Shown one piece after another: positions 42,380-51,410 of a stretch of 64,000 nt of DNA. The notes under the pieces are model-generated. The model was not told where the DNA came from and made no database searches. It was given only the letters and a program-made list of their open reading frames with translations. The position numbers and the translations under genes are program-made. Every line of letters begins with the position of its first letter. Position 1 is the stretch's first letter. Source of the DNA: Neisseriaceae bacterium (GTDB taxonomy: Bacteria > Pseudomonadota > Gammaproteobacteria > Burkholderiales > UBA11063). The stretch spans positions 164,894 through 228,893 of the forward strand of contig RXJX01000014.1 in the NCBI GenBank assembly GCA_003963245.1, given 5' to 3'.

Positions 42380-42440
42380 GTTACTTTTGTCCCAAAAGTA
42401 ACGCACTGAGAACTGCAAGTTCTCGTATAGTGCGCATTCA
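42380..42440 (+). promoter_or_regulatory. MOBQ-type origin of transfer (oriT)
   Basis: GAGAACT-gca-AGTTCTC (42408-42424) followed by GTATAGTGCG^CA. This matches the MOBQ layout of an IR followed by TAAGTGCG^C (RSF1010/pIP501). A second IR GTTACTTTTG-tcc-CAAAAGTAAC lies at 42380-42402. Confidence 0.8.
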
Positions 42441-42449
42441 CTGTTATAT

Positions 42450-42900
42450 TTTCGCAATTTCAATTTTTGATTTTTTAAGTAAATTAGCAAATATGCTACA
42501 ATTATTATAACACGACATTTTATTTATTTTATATTTTTTATATTTAAACTTATTGATTGATTGTTTTGTAATATAAAAATTTTTATATTATATATTAGTA
42601 TATTATATGCGTTAAAAATATTATATTTTCATATAAATACTTTTAAATTCTGTTATTATGTTTTAATAATCATATAATATGTTGCGTTTATATATTCTTT
42701 TACATAAAATTTTATTTTTTTATATTACTGTTTTGTATATATATTATGCTAATTTAATATTTTTATATTTTTTACATGGTAAAATGTTTTAAATTATTGT
42801 ATAATGTTTCGTTTTAACTATATTATGTTTTATTATGTTTCAGTAAATATAAGTTGCCAAAGCATAAAATAAAATGCTAAGATAAGAATATTTATTTTAA
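42450..42900. other. Extremely AT-rich non-coding tract
   Basis: About 10-15% GC by eye (6/60 in the line starting 42541); recurring TATTATG. Confidence 0.7.
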
Positions 42901-42915
42901 TAAACAGAGAAATTT

Positions 42916-43572
42916 ATGAAATATAATGAGTACCAAAAATTAAAGGAAAGTAAAAAGATTAGGGAATTTCTTAACATAAAGATTCTTACAGAAGAATCAT
43001 TAGTTGGACTAGTCCCTATAGAGCTAAGTAAAAAAATCTGCAATTCTAGGTTAAACGATGATTGCCGAAAAGGTATAGTATATGTTGCACTAATAATTGA
43101 ACAAATTGGAATAGACCCGAATTTACTAGTTAAAGTAGTAAATCCATTTTTATTTGTAGGCTCTGACTCAATAGTAAGTCTTTCAATGTATTTAAGAGGT
43201 AATGAGGAAGAAAAGCAGAAGATAGTAGGACTTCTAAATAAGTTTGACTTTTCTTATGGCGAATATATCGGCGATATGTTTACGTTGATATTAACTATGG
43301 CTAAGGATAGCATTTCCGAAAGAATTTTGGCAGATATAATTGAATTTGCTCGTGATCCTAATGTCAGTTATGGTAATAAAATATTCGCATATGAAACTAT
43401 TTGGAAAGAATACATCCGGTTATCAAATATGTCAAATCATAATATGCAACTAAGAGTTAAAGAAATTCTAAATAAAGATATGGTGCAAAAAGCAGTAGAT
43501 TATTATTATCTAATCTCCTCAATTTGTAAGCCAGGTACTATTGATAAGATACAAAACATATTACAACATTAA
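42916..43572 (+). CDS. Hypothetical protein (helical)
   Basis: 218-aa ORF with an AGAG-like RBS; no recognised motif. Confidence 0.7.
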   Translation: MKYNEYQKLKESKKIREFLNIKILTEESLVGLVPIELSKKICNSRLNDDCRKGIVYVALIIEQIGIDPNLLVKVVNPFLFVGSDSIVSLSMYLRGNEEEKQKIVGLLNKFDFSYGEYIGDMFTLILTMAKDSISERILADIIEFARDPNVSYGNKIFAYETIWKEYIRLSNMSNHNMQLRVKEILNKDMVQKAVDYYYLISSICKPGTIDKIQNILQH

Positions 43573-43598
43573 TAATTTATATTTAGAGGAATAAAATT

Positions 43599-43934
43599 AT
43601 GCAACCAAAATCAGAATGCAGCGTATATAACAGTGAGGTCACGACTATAGATGTGCGCAAATATTACAAGTTAAAAAAAATCATTCATGGAAATTCCGCG
43701 ATAACAATTGTCGATAAAATCATTATGAATTTTGCATCAAATAAAAAAGTAGTTTTGAATTATTCTAACGTAATTATTGAAAATCCGATAGATGTCGGAA
43801 CTTCATTCAAAAATATTATAGGCCTGCTTTATAATTTTTATGGCCTTGACTACATCAAAAAAAATCTATTAGTCCAAGCTAACCCTGAAATTACTTACTT
43901 ATTTAATTATATTGTGACGGCTTCAAGTCAATGA
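43599..43934 (+). CDS. STAS-like (DUF4325-like) small protein
   Basis: GAGG RBS; VVLNYSNV...TSFKNIIGLLY...DYIKKNL resembles the DUF4325 pattern. Confidence 0.5.
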   Translation: MQPKSECSVYNSEVTTIDVRKYYKLKKIIHGNSAITIVDKIIMNFASNKKVVLNYSNVIIENPIDVGTSFKNIIGLLYNFYGLDYIKKNLLVQANPEITYLFNYIVTASSQ

Positions 43935-44026
43935 TTTTAATATCATCTCATTAATGAAAATCATTAAAATGTGTGCACTTTGTACGTACATGATATAATA
44001 TCACAATAATTTATGGAGGTTATATC

Positions 44027-44554
44027 ATGCAAGATCGTTTAACAATAAGAAGCAGTCAGCGCAGTGCACCATTAATCGCTCGAGTGGAAGAAATAGCCAA
44101 ACAACGCAACTTTGGGAAGGTAACTCCAGCCCTGCTCGATATACTCGAGCTTGGCTTGAAATCTTTTGATTCAGGTTATCGGTTAGTAGATGGCAAACTA
44201 TTAACCGTTGATGAATTACCAAGTGTTGTCAGTATTGAAAAAGAAGTAGCTAAAAGCCTGTACGGACAATTAACTGGTGAATTAGTAAACCTAGAATACT
44301 ACGAGGAAGAAAAACCACAACCAGACCAGCAAAAACTAGGTTTTTATTTGTTAATCCGTAAAGCGCTGCGAGTAGAACAATCTGGATTTTATAAGCTTAC
44401 GGTTGAACAGGCAATTGCCCGACAGAACACTTTCACGTCACCAATTTTGTTAGCTCTACGAAGCGTTGATACCCCAGAAGAAGTCGAGCGTATTATTTTT
44501 GAATATGAAGCTGAGTTTTTAGAACTAATTCAAAAAACCGGTGTTAGCTTATGA
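44027..44554 (+). CDS. Putative antitoxin with an N-terminal ribbon-helix-helix-like domain
   Basis: GGAGG RBS; beta strand RLTIR then two helices; stop overlaps the zeta toxin start (ATGA). Confidence 0.55.
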   Translation: MQDRLTIRSSQRSAPLIARVEEIAKQRNFGKVTPALLDILELGLKSFDSGYRLVDGKLLTVDELPSVVSIEKEVAKSLYGQLTGELVNLEYYEEEKPQPDQQKLGFYLLIRKALRVEQSGFYKLTVEQAIARQNTFTSPILLALRSVDTPEEVERIIFEYEAEFLELIQKTGVSL

Positions 44555-45369
44555 GCTTTGATCAAAAAATTGCAGACCTAATTTTGCGTAAAGCTCGGCA
44601 GGATTTAGACTTATCAAACAAAACACCCAGTGATAATCCAACTCTTGTTGTTCTAGGTGGTCAGCCTGGTGCTGGAAAATCATCAATTATTGATTTAATT
44701 GATGAACGCTTTAGCGGGAATGTTGCCGTCTTAAATGGTGATGAGCTTAAGCCTTATTATCCGGGATACAAAAGGTTGTTGAAAGAAGATCCAGACAAAG
44801 CCAGTAGAATTGTTCAAGAATATAGCAATTATGCAATTGATGCTATTAAACAAGAGCTGATGCAGCGCCAATATAACTTAATTATTGAAGGTACCATGCG
44901 GAATCCTAATATACCAATAGGAACTGCAAAATCAGCAAGAAGTAACGGTTACTCAGTTGAAGCATGTATAGTAGCAACTAACTATTACGCAAGTCGAGTT
45001 GGTTGCATCAAACGTTATGAACTTGATGTGGCGGTGAGCGGAGTTGGTAGAAGTGTTCCAGTTGCAAGTCATGACGAGGCATATAATAATATTCCTTCAA
45101 CCATTGCAGCATTGGTTGAGTCCAAGCAGTTTGATAATATTCAGATATTCTCGCGTAATGGTGAAATTTTAGGCAATATTATTGATGGTAATGAACTAGC
45201 TCAAATCTATAGCCGCCATCGAGAAAATCTTTCATCAGAGTTATATCAAGAAATATTGCAAAATCTAGACACAACAAAATATATGAAAAATTCCAGAGCC
45301 GCTCCCAGTGATGAATTATTTGAATTAGATAGTTTAAAAGATGAATTTTTGGCAAAATATAGATTATGA
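44551..45369 (+). CDS. Zeta toxin family kinase (PezT/zeta-like)
   Basis: GGQPGAGKS P-loop, NGDELK, IIEGTMRN, KRYE and GRSVP correspond to zeta catalytic motifs. Confidence 0.88.
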   Translation: MSFDQKIADLILRKARQDLDLSNKTPSDNPTLVVLGGQPGAGKSSIIDLIDERFSGNVAVLNGDELKPYYPGYKRLLKEDPDKASRIVQEYSNYAIDAIKQELMQRQYNLIIEGTMRNPNIPIGTAKSARSNGYSVEACIVATNYYASRVGCIKRYELDVAVSGVGRSVPVASHDEAYNNIPSTIAALVESKQFDNIQIFSRNGEILGNIIDGNELAQIYSRHRENLSSELYQEILQNLDTTKYMKNSRAAPSDELFELDSLKDEFLAKYRL

Positions 45370-45433
45370 AATCTAAAAGCCTAAATTTCTGTTCAAACGT
45401 TCCTAAAACTTAAATGTATTTCAGAAGGCTTTT

Positions 45434-45895
45434 ATGAATTTACAAGAGAAAATATTAAGATCATACGAGCTGGGATTAGTTAGTTGTATTCACACAGTAG
45501 AACCGTTCAATATCACTTCATTAAATCAAAATATCATCTTGGATTTTGACTTGAGTAAAATCGAACCACTTAATTTTCCTTTATGTTTATTTGCTGAAAT
45601 ATTTCAAATTGAAGGAAAAAATATCGATATAACTCTCAATGACATATCAATTCATCTACAAAATTCATTTAAGCAAGGACAAATTTCACGGCAAATACTA
45701 ATTTTTCGTAATCTAGATGTATGGCGAGCTACTTCTTTTGGTTCAAAAACGATTGCCGGATTACGGACGTTGTTAGATTTAAACAAAGAATCGTTATTTT
45801 CTGTAATAACATATTCTTCAAAAGAAAATTTATTAACTGAATATGACAATGTCAAATTACCATTTTTTAGGTTTGGTTTGATTGTATGTAAATAA
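45434..45895 (+). CDS. Hypothetical protein resembling the C-terminal half of a P-loop ATPase
   Basis: ILIFRNLD (Walker-B-like), LRTLLD...VITYSS...PFFRFG; no Walker A. Confidence 0.45.
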   Translation: MNLQEKILRSYELGLVSCIHTVEPFNITSLNQNIILDFDLSKIEPLNFPLCLFAEIFQIEGKNIDITLNDISIHLQNSFKQGQISRQILIFRNLDVWRATSFGSKTIAGLRTLLDLNKESLFSVITYSSKENLLTEYDNVKLPFFRFGLIVCK

Positions 45896-46260
45896 CTCAA
45901 TTTAAGCTCTCACATTACAGGGGTATAGGGAGTGTTGTTGTGTGAGCTCGTCGAGCCCCCATATATGCGTACCATCTACCTAAAAAGCACTTTTTTATCG
46001 CGGTTTAACTCCAGTTTACCGAAAACCTTCCCGCGCTCTAATTACTGTTTTGTTGCTTCATTTAAGAATAACTCACAGCTTTATAGAATATCTTGTTATT
46101 AACTTCTTATTTGCAGAGGTTTCATAATATATGATCATTTAATGGAATTAAAAATGACAAAAAAACATGGTCAACTTTGATTAGTGGCCAAAAAAAGCTA
46201 AGACTTATCAATCTATTCACATTATGTTTTAAGAACGATTAAATATGTTGAAAAGCTAAT

Positions 46261-47943
46261 TCATTTTTTAGATTTGAAATTACTCGATATATAATTCAAA
46301 TCTAACTTATCATAGTTTATCATTCTACCATAAATATACCCTTGAATTTTAGGATATGACGGCAACTCTGATATTGCAGTATTTAAACACCAACAATACT
46401 CGCTTGATGTCCACATATCTCTTGCTGAGTTTGCAATATTACATAGAATTAAGGATTCAAATCCGCTAGGGAGTACTATACTAGATCGATTTTGTTTATA
46501 TTTTTTACTTGAATAATTTATATAACATTTAATTTTATAATAAATAGATACATTATTACAGCCTAAACCAAAGCATTCTAACAACATTGAAAAGATTGAA
46601 AGTTCCTTAAAATGTTCAACAAAATGTTTATTATAGAACTTCTCCCAGTTCGGTATCCTTTGTTCTTTAACAACGCTAAGGTTATATAAAATAAAAAAAT
46701 AATACAGAAATTGTTTATGCTTTTTTTTGCTGGTGGAATAGATTTCGAGAATTTTATTCATAAGATTTGTCAAATCATTAATTTTACCGATCTGAAGTTG
46801 TACCATAAACGCGTTCAATCTTAGTACAGCCTGTTCTTCTGTAAAGTTTTCATGTTGCCACACCCATAGTTCTGGGGACAGCTCTGCATTCATTATTCCA
46901 GGTAAATTTGACCGCCAGTTATACTTTTCATGTTTAACCTTTGGCAATTTATGTACAACGTTCATGATAACATGTCTAACGAGCCTAAACAAACCAGAAA
47001 ATGTTAAATATGGCTGCCCAAATACAATTAATGAGTCTATTTTAGACATCTGTATCATTTTTAATTGCATTGGAACACTATCTAAACCATGAACAAATCT
47101 AGATCTAATGTTATAAGTATTTAGTAACGATTGCTTTAGTTGACTAAACGGAATAGGGTTTTGAACATTAATTGTACCAGATGTAAAAAATGATTCATCA
47201 ATGTTATCTTCAATAAAAGTAATAAATGATTGTTGCGCCTTTGGATGCTGAGATTCGATTAATATACGTTTAATCTCATGAATATTGCTAAGCGATATAT
47301 CTTTGAATACAACGCCTAATTGATGCCTAATTTTCTCATCAATGTCGTTCCAAGTAGTTCTTGTATTACCAATGTTACCAGCCAAAGATTCTAAACAATA
47401 CACCAATAAACTATATGCCATTTCAAAGTTATAATTTAATACTTCAATAGAATCTTGTACGGTTCGTATAGATGATATTATTTTTTGATAACTATTTCTC
47501 TCGAGTCCAATTATTTCATCAACAAACTTTGTTAAAAATTCGGTTTCAGCTAATGTCAACGTTCGATTGAATTTAACGATTTGGGGAAGTATTTCAGCTG
47601 GTAATACACCGTTGGATTCAGCTGATTTATTTTGATTACATATACTTAATACATGTTCCCTAGTTCTGGAGAAGTAGGCATTAAACCCAAAACTACAAAT
47701 AATCTTAAACTGTTCAAGTATCTCACTATCTCCAACACGAACTAGAAAACCATCACGCTCGATTCTGTTCACATAATTGAATACGTAGGTCGCTACTCTA
47801 TCCTGAGTAATTATAGGTTCTAAATCCCCAACAACAGTCTCAATCTTACTAACCCAACTGACATTAGAAAATAATACTCCTTTCCCATGATTAATTTCAA
47901 GATCATTAGAAGAGAAAAATTTGCCACTAATAATTTGTAACAT
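46261..47943 (-). CDS. HEPN-domain (ApeA-like) protein, putative defence RNase
   Basis: LLVYCLESL ... YNIRSRFVHG (Rx4H) motif; located in a defence cluster. Confidence 0.65.
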   Translation of the reverse strand: MLQIISGKFFSSNDLEINHGKGVLFSNVSWVSKIETVVGDLEPIITQDRVATYVFNYVNRIERDGFLVRVGDSEILEQFKIICSFGFNAYFSRTREHVLSICNQNKSAESNGVLPAEILPQIVKFNRTLTLAETEFLTKFVDEIIGLERNSYQKIISSIRTVQDSIEVLNYNFEMAYSLLVYCLESLAGNIGNTRTTWNDIDEKIRHQLGVVFKDISLSNIHEIKRILIESQHPKAQQSFITFIEDNIDESFFTSGTINVQNPIPFSQLKQSLLNTYNIRSRFVHGLDSVPMQLKMIQMSKIDSLIVFGQPYLTFSGLFRLVRHVIMNVVHKLPKVKHEKYNWRSNLPGIMNAELSPELWVWQHENFTEEQAVLRLNAFMVQLQIGKINDLTNLMNKILEIYSTSKKKHKQFLYYFFILYNLSVVKEQRIPNWEKFYNKHFVEHFKELSIFSMLLECFGLGCNNVSIYYKIKCYINYSSKKYKQNRSSIVLPSGFESLILCNIANSARDMWTSSEYCWCLNTAISELPSYPKIQGYIYGRMINYDKLDLNYISSNFKSKK

Positions 47944-48036
47944 AACGACTCGTTTTTAACACAATGATAATTTTACTTGGTAGCTTATTCTTAATATTAT
48001 TAGTAAATTTAAGTTAACTTGTGATATAAATCAGAT

Positions 48037-49251
48037 TTAACTATTACTTGTCTGTCTGTTATATAATAAGTGAATAAAAGTATCTAAGTTAATAATCCAA
48101 TCCTGTTGTGATGCCGAATAACTACTATGAATACTACTTGGTAAAACTAACTGCACGTTTTTAGATATCATTTCGTTAGTCTGATTTTCACTAATTCCTG
48201 GTTCTAGAGTAAATAGGTGTTTATTATTTATTCGATTAGCTTCTGGCAATATTTGCCGCCAACGATCTTTACAAGTGGACTTTGCACCTAACATAGATAA
48301 TAACTCTTCTGGAAATGCTGGATTATGATAACTCGCTATATCTGGAAAAATAAAATCTGGTTTATTTCTATTTTCGGTTATCGCCGTACGACTATAACTA
48401 ATATTCTTTATCTTAAAAATTTGCTCTAAATGATTTTCTAGTGAACCACCAGCCCTCGATTTACGTCGATTTTGTACACTGAGTGAATATGATACAAATG
48501 AATCAACATCATCATCAAATCCCTGCCGCAATCTATCACCAATAATATGTCTTTCTAGGGTTCTAAATAAAACTTCTTCACGTTCTAACCACGCCATAAT
48601 AATTTCGTCTGCGCTACCCGTAAGATCAATGTCTGAAATCGTTGATCTTGCATATTCAGAGAAAATTCGCGTCGTAGGAAATGATCCATCGAATTTTTCT
48701 AGCATCTGTTCGAGGTAGTTTTCATCTGTCGTCTGGACTTCGATACCAATTTGCTCAAGTATATACCTTGAAGCAAATTCTAGCCTAACCTGATCACTTT
48801 CCAACTCGCCCTTAACTGAAAAACCAGGATGCGTCAAATCGCTAAAACCAAATAACCATAATATCTGATTCTCAATAGTTGACTCTGCTTCAGCTATTAT
48901 TAATAATATAGAATTATCTGGTCTGCGTCCAATAACCAATAAATCACCTTCATTAGCATTACTTGATACATTGGTAGTTGGGAAATATAACCTAAACTCA
49001 GTTCTGATAGGATGATTTTCTCTAGCATCATACCAAGTCAGCGTTGATCTTTCTGTTATTGGTTCTGGATCATCGTCACTAAGATAAATAAAGGTTGTCC
49101 CGTAGGTTTTCCTATCTGTTCCAAACATACCTTTCAAACCTTTATCACCATTGAATTCGTGCTGATTAGAACGATGTGGGTGGGCTTCTACTGCACTAAG
49201 CCTTTTAGTTGCTACATGCGTAAAATACTCGGATAGGTAACCTCTTTTCAT
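48037..49251 (-). CDS. EcoRII-family type II restriction endonuclease
   Basis: RRKSRAGGSLENHL, KPDFIFP, AKSTCKDRWRQIL and HLFTLEPGIS; N-terminal KRLS effector-like domain. Confidence 0.92.
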   Translation of the reverse strand: MKRGYLSEYFTHVATKRLSAVEAHPHRSNQHEFNGDKGLKGMFGTDRKTYGTTFIYLSDDDPEPITERSTLTWYDARENHPIRTEFRLYFPTTNVSSNANEGDLLVIGRRPDNSILLIIAEAESTIENQILWLFGFSDLTHPGFSVKGELESDQVRLEFASRYILEQIGIEVQTTDENYLEQMLEKFDGSFPTTRIFSEYARSTISDIDLTGSADEIIMAWLEREEVLFRTLERHIIGDRLRQGFDDDVDSFVSYSLSVQNRRKSRAGGSLENHLEQIFKIKNISYSRTAITENRNKPDFIFPDIASYHNPAFPEELLSMLGAKSTCKDRWRQILPEANRINNKHLFTLEPGISENQTNEMISKNVQLVLPSSIHSSYSASQQDWIINLDTFIHLLYNRQTSNS

Positions 49252-49289
49252 AAATAAACCTCTATGATATTAAAATAAGCCAGACAACT

Positions 49290-50552
49290 TCAAACCACAA
49301 GTTGCTCTTGTACCATCTTAGATTTTTCTACTAAAGATAAAATATGCGGCTGCATGATTTTTGCAACATGCTCAATAAGCGGCACTACGACAGAATTACC
49401 AAATTGCTTATATGCTCTAGTGTCAGAAACAATAATTTTGAATGAATCATCAAACCCCATCAGTCTCGCACACTCCCTAGGCGTTAGCCTACGAGGATTT
49501 TTTCCAGGACCTCTAGTGATAAGAATTTCCGAGCCATCTTTATAATAGCGCGCAGATAATGTTCTTGCTGTATCATTAGGTCCAACAACACTACAACCAA
49601 ACCCATTACCTAAAGCTTTATGTTTTGCAGCATAAGCTTGGAGGTACGCCCATAGCTTATCAGTAAGTACATATTTAGAACATACTTTACCTGAATTACC
49701 AACTATAAACCTTCCTTCATCAATATCTAACTCTGTTGCATCTTCTGCATGAAGAATATCACTCAGTTTAGGCGAATCAATTGTAATATCGGGTAAAGGG
49801 ATGGAATTCCAATCAAATTCGACTTTGTCTTTAAACCCTACGATAATAATACGTTCGCGATTTTGTGGAGTAAAATGTTTACCGTTAATAACTTTATAAC
49901 TAATATGATAGCCAAGCTGATTTTCTAATGTATCTTTAATTACAGCAAAAGTATTACCTTTATCATGAGAAAGTAAATTTTTAACATTCTCTAATAAAAA
50001 TGCTTTTGGCTGTTTCTCAGCAATGATTCTAGCCACGTCAAAGAATAATGTACCCTGGGTTGTACACTCAAAGCCATGAGGTTTACCTAATGCATTTTTT
50101 TTGGAAACGCCTGCAATACTAAAAGGTTGACAAGGAAATCCTGCTAATAAAACATCATGATCAGGAATATCACTAGCATTAACTTGGGTAATATCTCCAG
50201 CTATAGGATGCTCATCACCAAAATTTGCGGCATAAGTCTTTTGTGCATAAAAATCCCACTCAGAAGTAAAAACACATTTACCACCAATTGACTCAAAACC
50301 CAAACGAATCCCGCCAATGCCAGCGAATAAATCAATGAAAGTAAATGCTTCACTAGTAAGATTTGACTTCTTATTTCCTTGTAGTATTTCTTTAAGAGCT
50401 GGAACAACTGCAATAGGGATCTGTGTTTGACCAGATTCCCAACGAGAGATATGCCGTGGAGAATAGTCTAAAAAATGAGCAAGCTCTTTTTGGGAGTACA
50501 CCTTTCGCAACTGAGAAAGAATGCGTGGAGCTTCTATATTTGATAACTTCAT
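49290..50552 (-). CDS. dcm: Dcm/M.EcoRII-like C5 cytosine methyltransferase with an N-terminal HTH
   Basis: FIDLFAGIGG, GFPCQ, ENVKNL, QNRER, TLSARYYKDG and QFGNSV; N-terminal SQKELA...ISRWESG HTH; Dcm-like TRD suggests CCWGG. Confidence 0.93.
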   Translation of the reverse strand: MKLSNIEAPRILSQLRKVYSQKELAHFLDYSPRHISRWESGQTQIPIAVVPALKEILQGNKKSNLTSEAFTFIDLFAGIGGIRLGFESIGGKCVFTSEWDFYAQKTYAANFGDEHPIAGDITQVNASDIPDHDVLLAGFPCQPFSIAGVSKKNALGKPHGFECTTQGTLFFDVARIIAEKQPKAFLLENVKNLLSHDKGNTFAVIKDTLENQLGYHISYKVINGKHFTPQNRERIIIVGFKDKVEFDWNSIPLPDITIDSPKLSDILHAEDATELDIDEGRFIVGNSGKVCSKYVLTDKLWAYLQAYAAKHKALGNGFGCSVVGPNDTARTLSARYYKDGSEILITRGPGKNPRRLTPRECARLMGFDDSFKIIVSDTRAYKQFGNSVVVPLIEHVAKIMQPHILSLVEKSKMVQEQLVV

Positions 50553-50737
50553 GTTATTTATCCTGGAATTTTATATGACATTATATCATTGAATAATACC
50601 ATTAGTAAATGAAGTTATTTAGTTTGCTAAATAAATTTATTTTTATTTATTTAGATGGCGCTAAAACAAATCCAAAATTCGGTAATAATAGTGGTTACGG
50701 ATAACTTCTTTTTTAGCAACTCTACAGCTAATTTTGT

Positions 50738-51108
50738 TTATGATAAGAAACCCGATAATAGCTTATTTATTATGATTAGCACACACAATACCAACGATGC
50801 TAGCTCTATTCCGATATGTATATTCATTAGCTTAATAAATCGCTGGGTATCCCAGATAAATGTCCTAAAATCAAAAAAATCCGAAACTAATAAAAAGACC
50901 GTAAAAATAATGTCTATTATCAATACAACCGTAAGTAACTTGGTTATATAATATTCGTTACCCCACAAGCTATATATTAATAGCGCATCGCTTGCTATAC
51001 AAATGTAAGACTCAGCATATATTTTTTAATTAATGAATCTTCATCTGAATTAGGATTAAAAAACCATGATTTAAAATAATCAATCAACTTCTGGATAGTA
51101 TTCTTCAT
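50738..51108 (-). pseudogene. Small membrane protein with an apparent 1-bp deletion
   Basis: ATG at 51108 gives MKNTIQKLIDYF...MLSLTFV*. A -1 shift at about 50998 continues IASDALLIYSLWGNEYY... into ORF 50738-50968. Confidence 0.45.
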
Positions 51109-51254
51109 ATAATTTATCTGTAAATTGGAACTTTGTTATATCTCTAGCGAACTCTAAACATGCGACGAATTCTTCTGATTTGTTCATCTGTATAGTTTTG
51201 CCTATGTAAAGATTCGTCATCTGTATGTATCACATAGTATACTCTAATATTACA

Positions 51255-51335
51255 CGTTGCAAACCGTCAAATAACGTAATAATAGACTTATATTATTAAG
51301 ATAAATACATCATGTCTTATATGTTATAATTCCTA
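51255..51335. promoter_or_regulatory. Possible res site/promoter of the WGR-resolvase unit
   Basis: CGTCAAATAA...ATAGAC and TGTCTTAT half-site-like sequences upstream of the serine recombinase operon. Confidence 0.3.
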
Positions 51336-51410
51336 TTATTACAAATTAAGCCATTTTATTACGCCTTTTATCTTACCCACATCAAATGTAGATAGCCACT
51401 GAGTACCACC

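Noticed and set aside
41050-42441. ORF-track N-terminal extension of the relaxase from GTG at 42441
   Set aside because: The extension runs through the oriT; the MOBQ family N-terminus (MAIY…) starts at ATG 42363.
42640-42845. Xer dif/pdif site among the TTATGTT motifs
   Set aside because: There is no full XerD arm (TTATGTTAAAT) or paired XerC arm; the matches are expected in ~90% AT DNA.
45960-45969. CATATATGCG shared with 53791-53800
   Set aside because: It is a 10-bp AT-rich match with unrelated flanks and could be chance.
50553-51400. vsr gene beside the Dcm-like MTase
   Set aside because: No Vsr-like ORF is present; the region holds only a broken membrane-protein gene.
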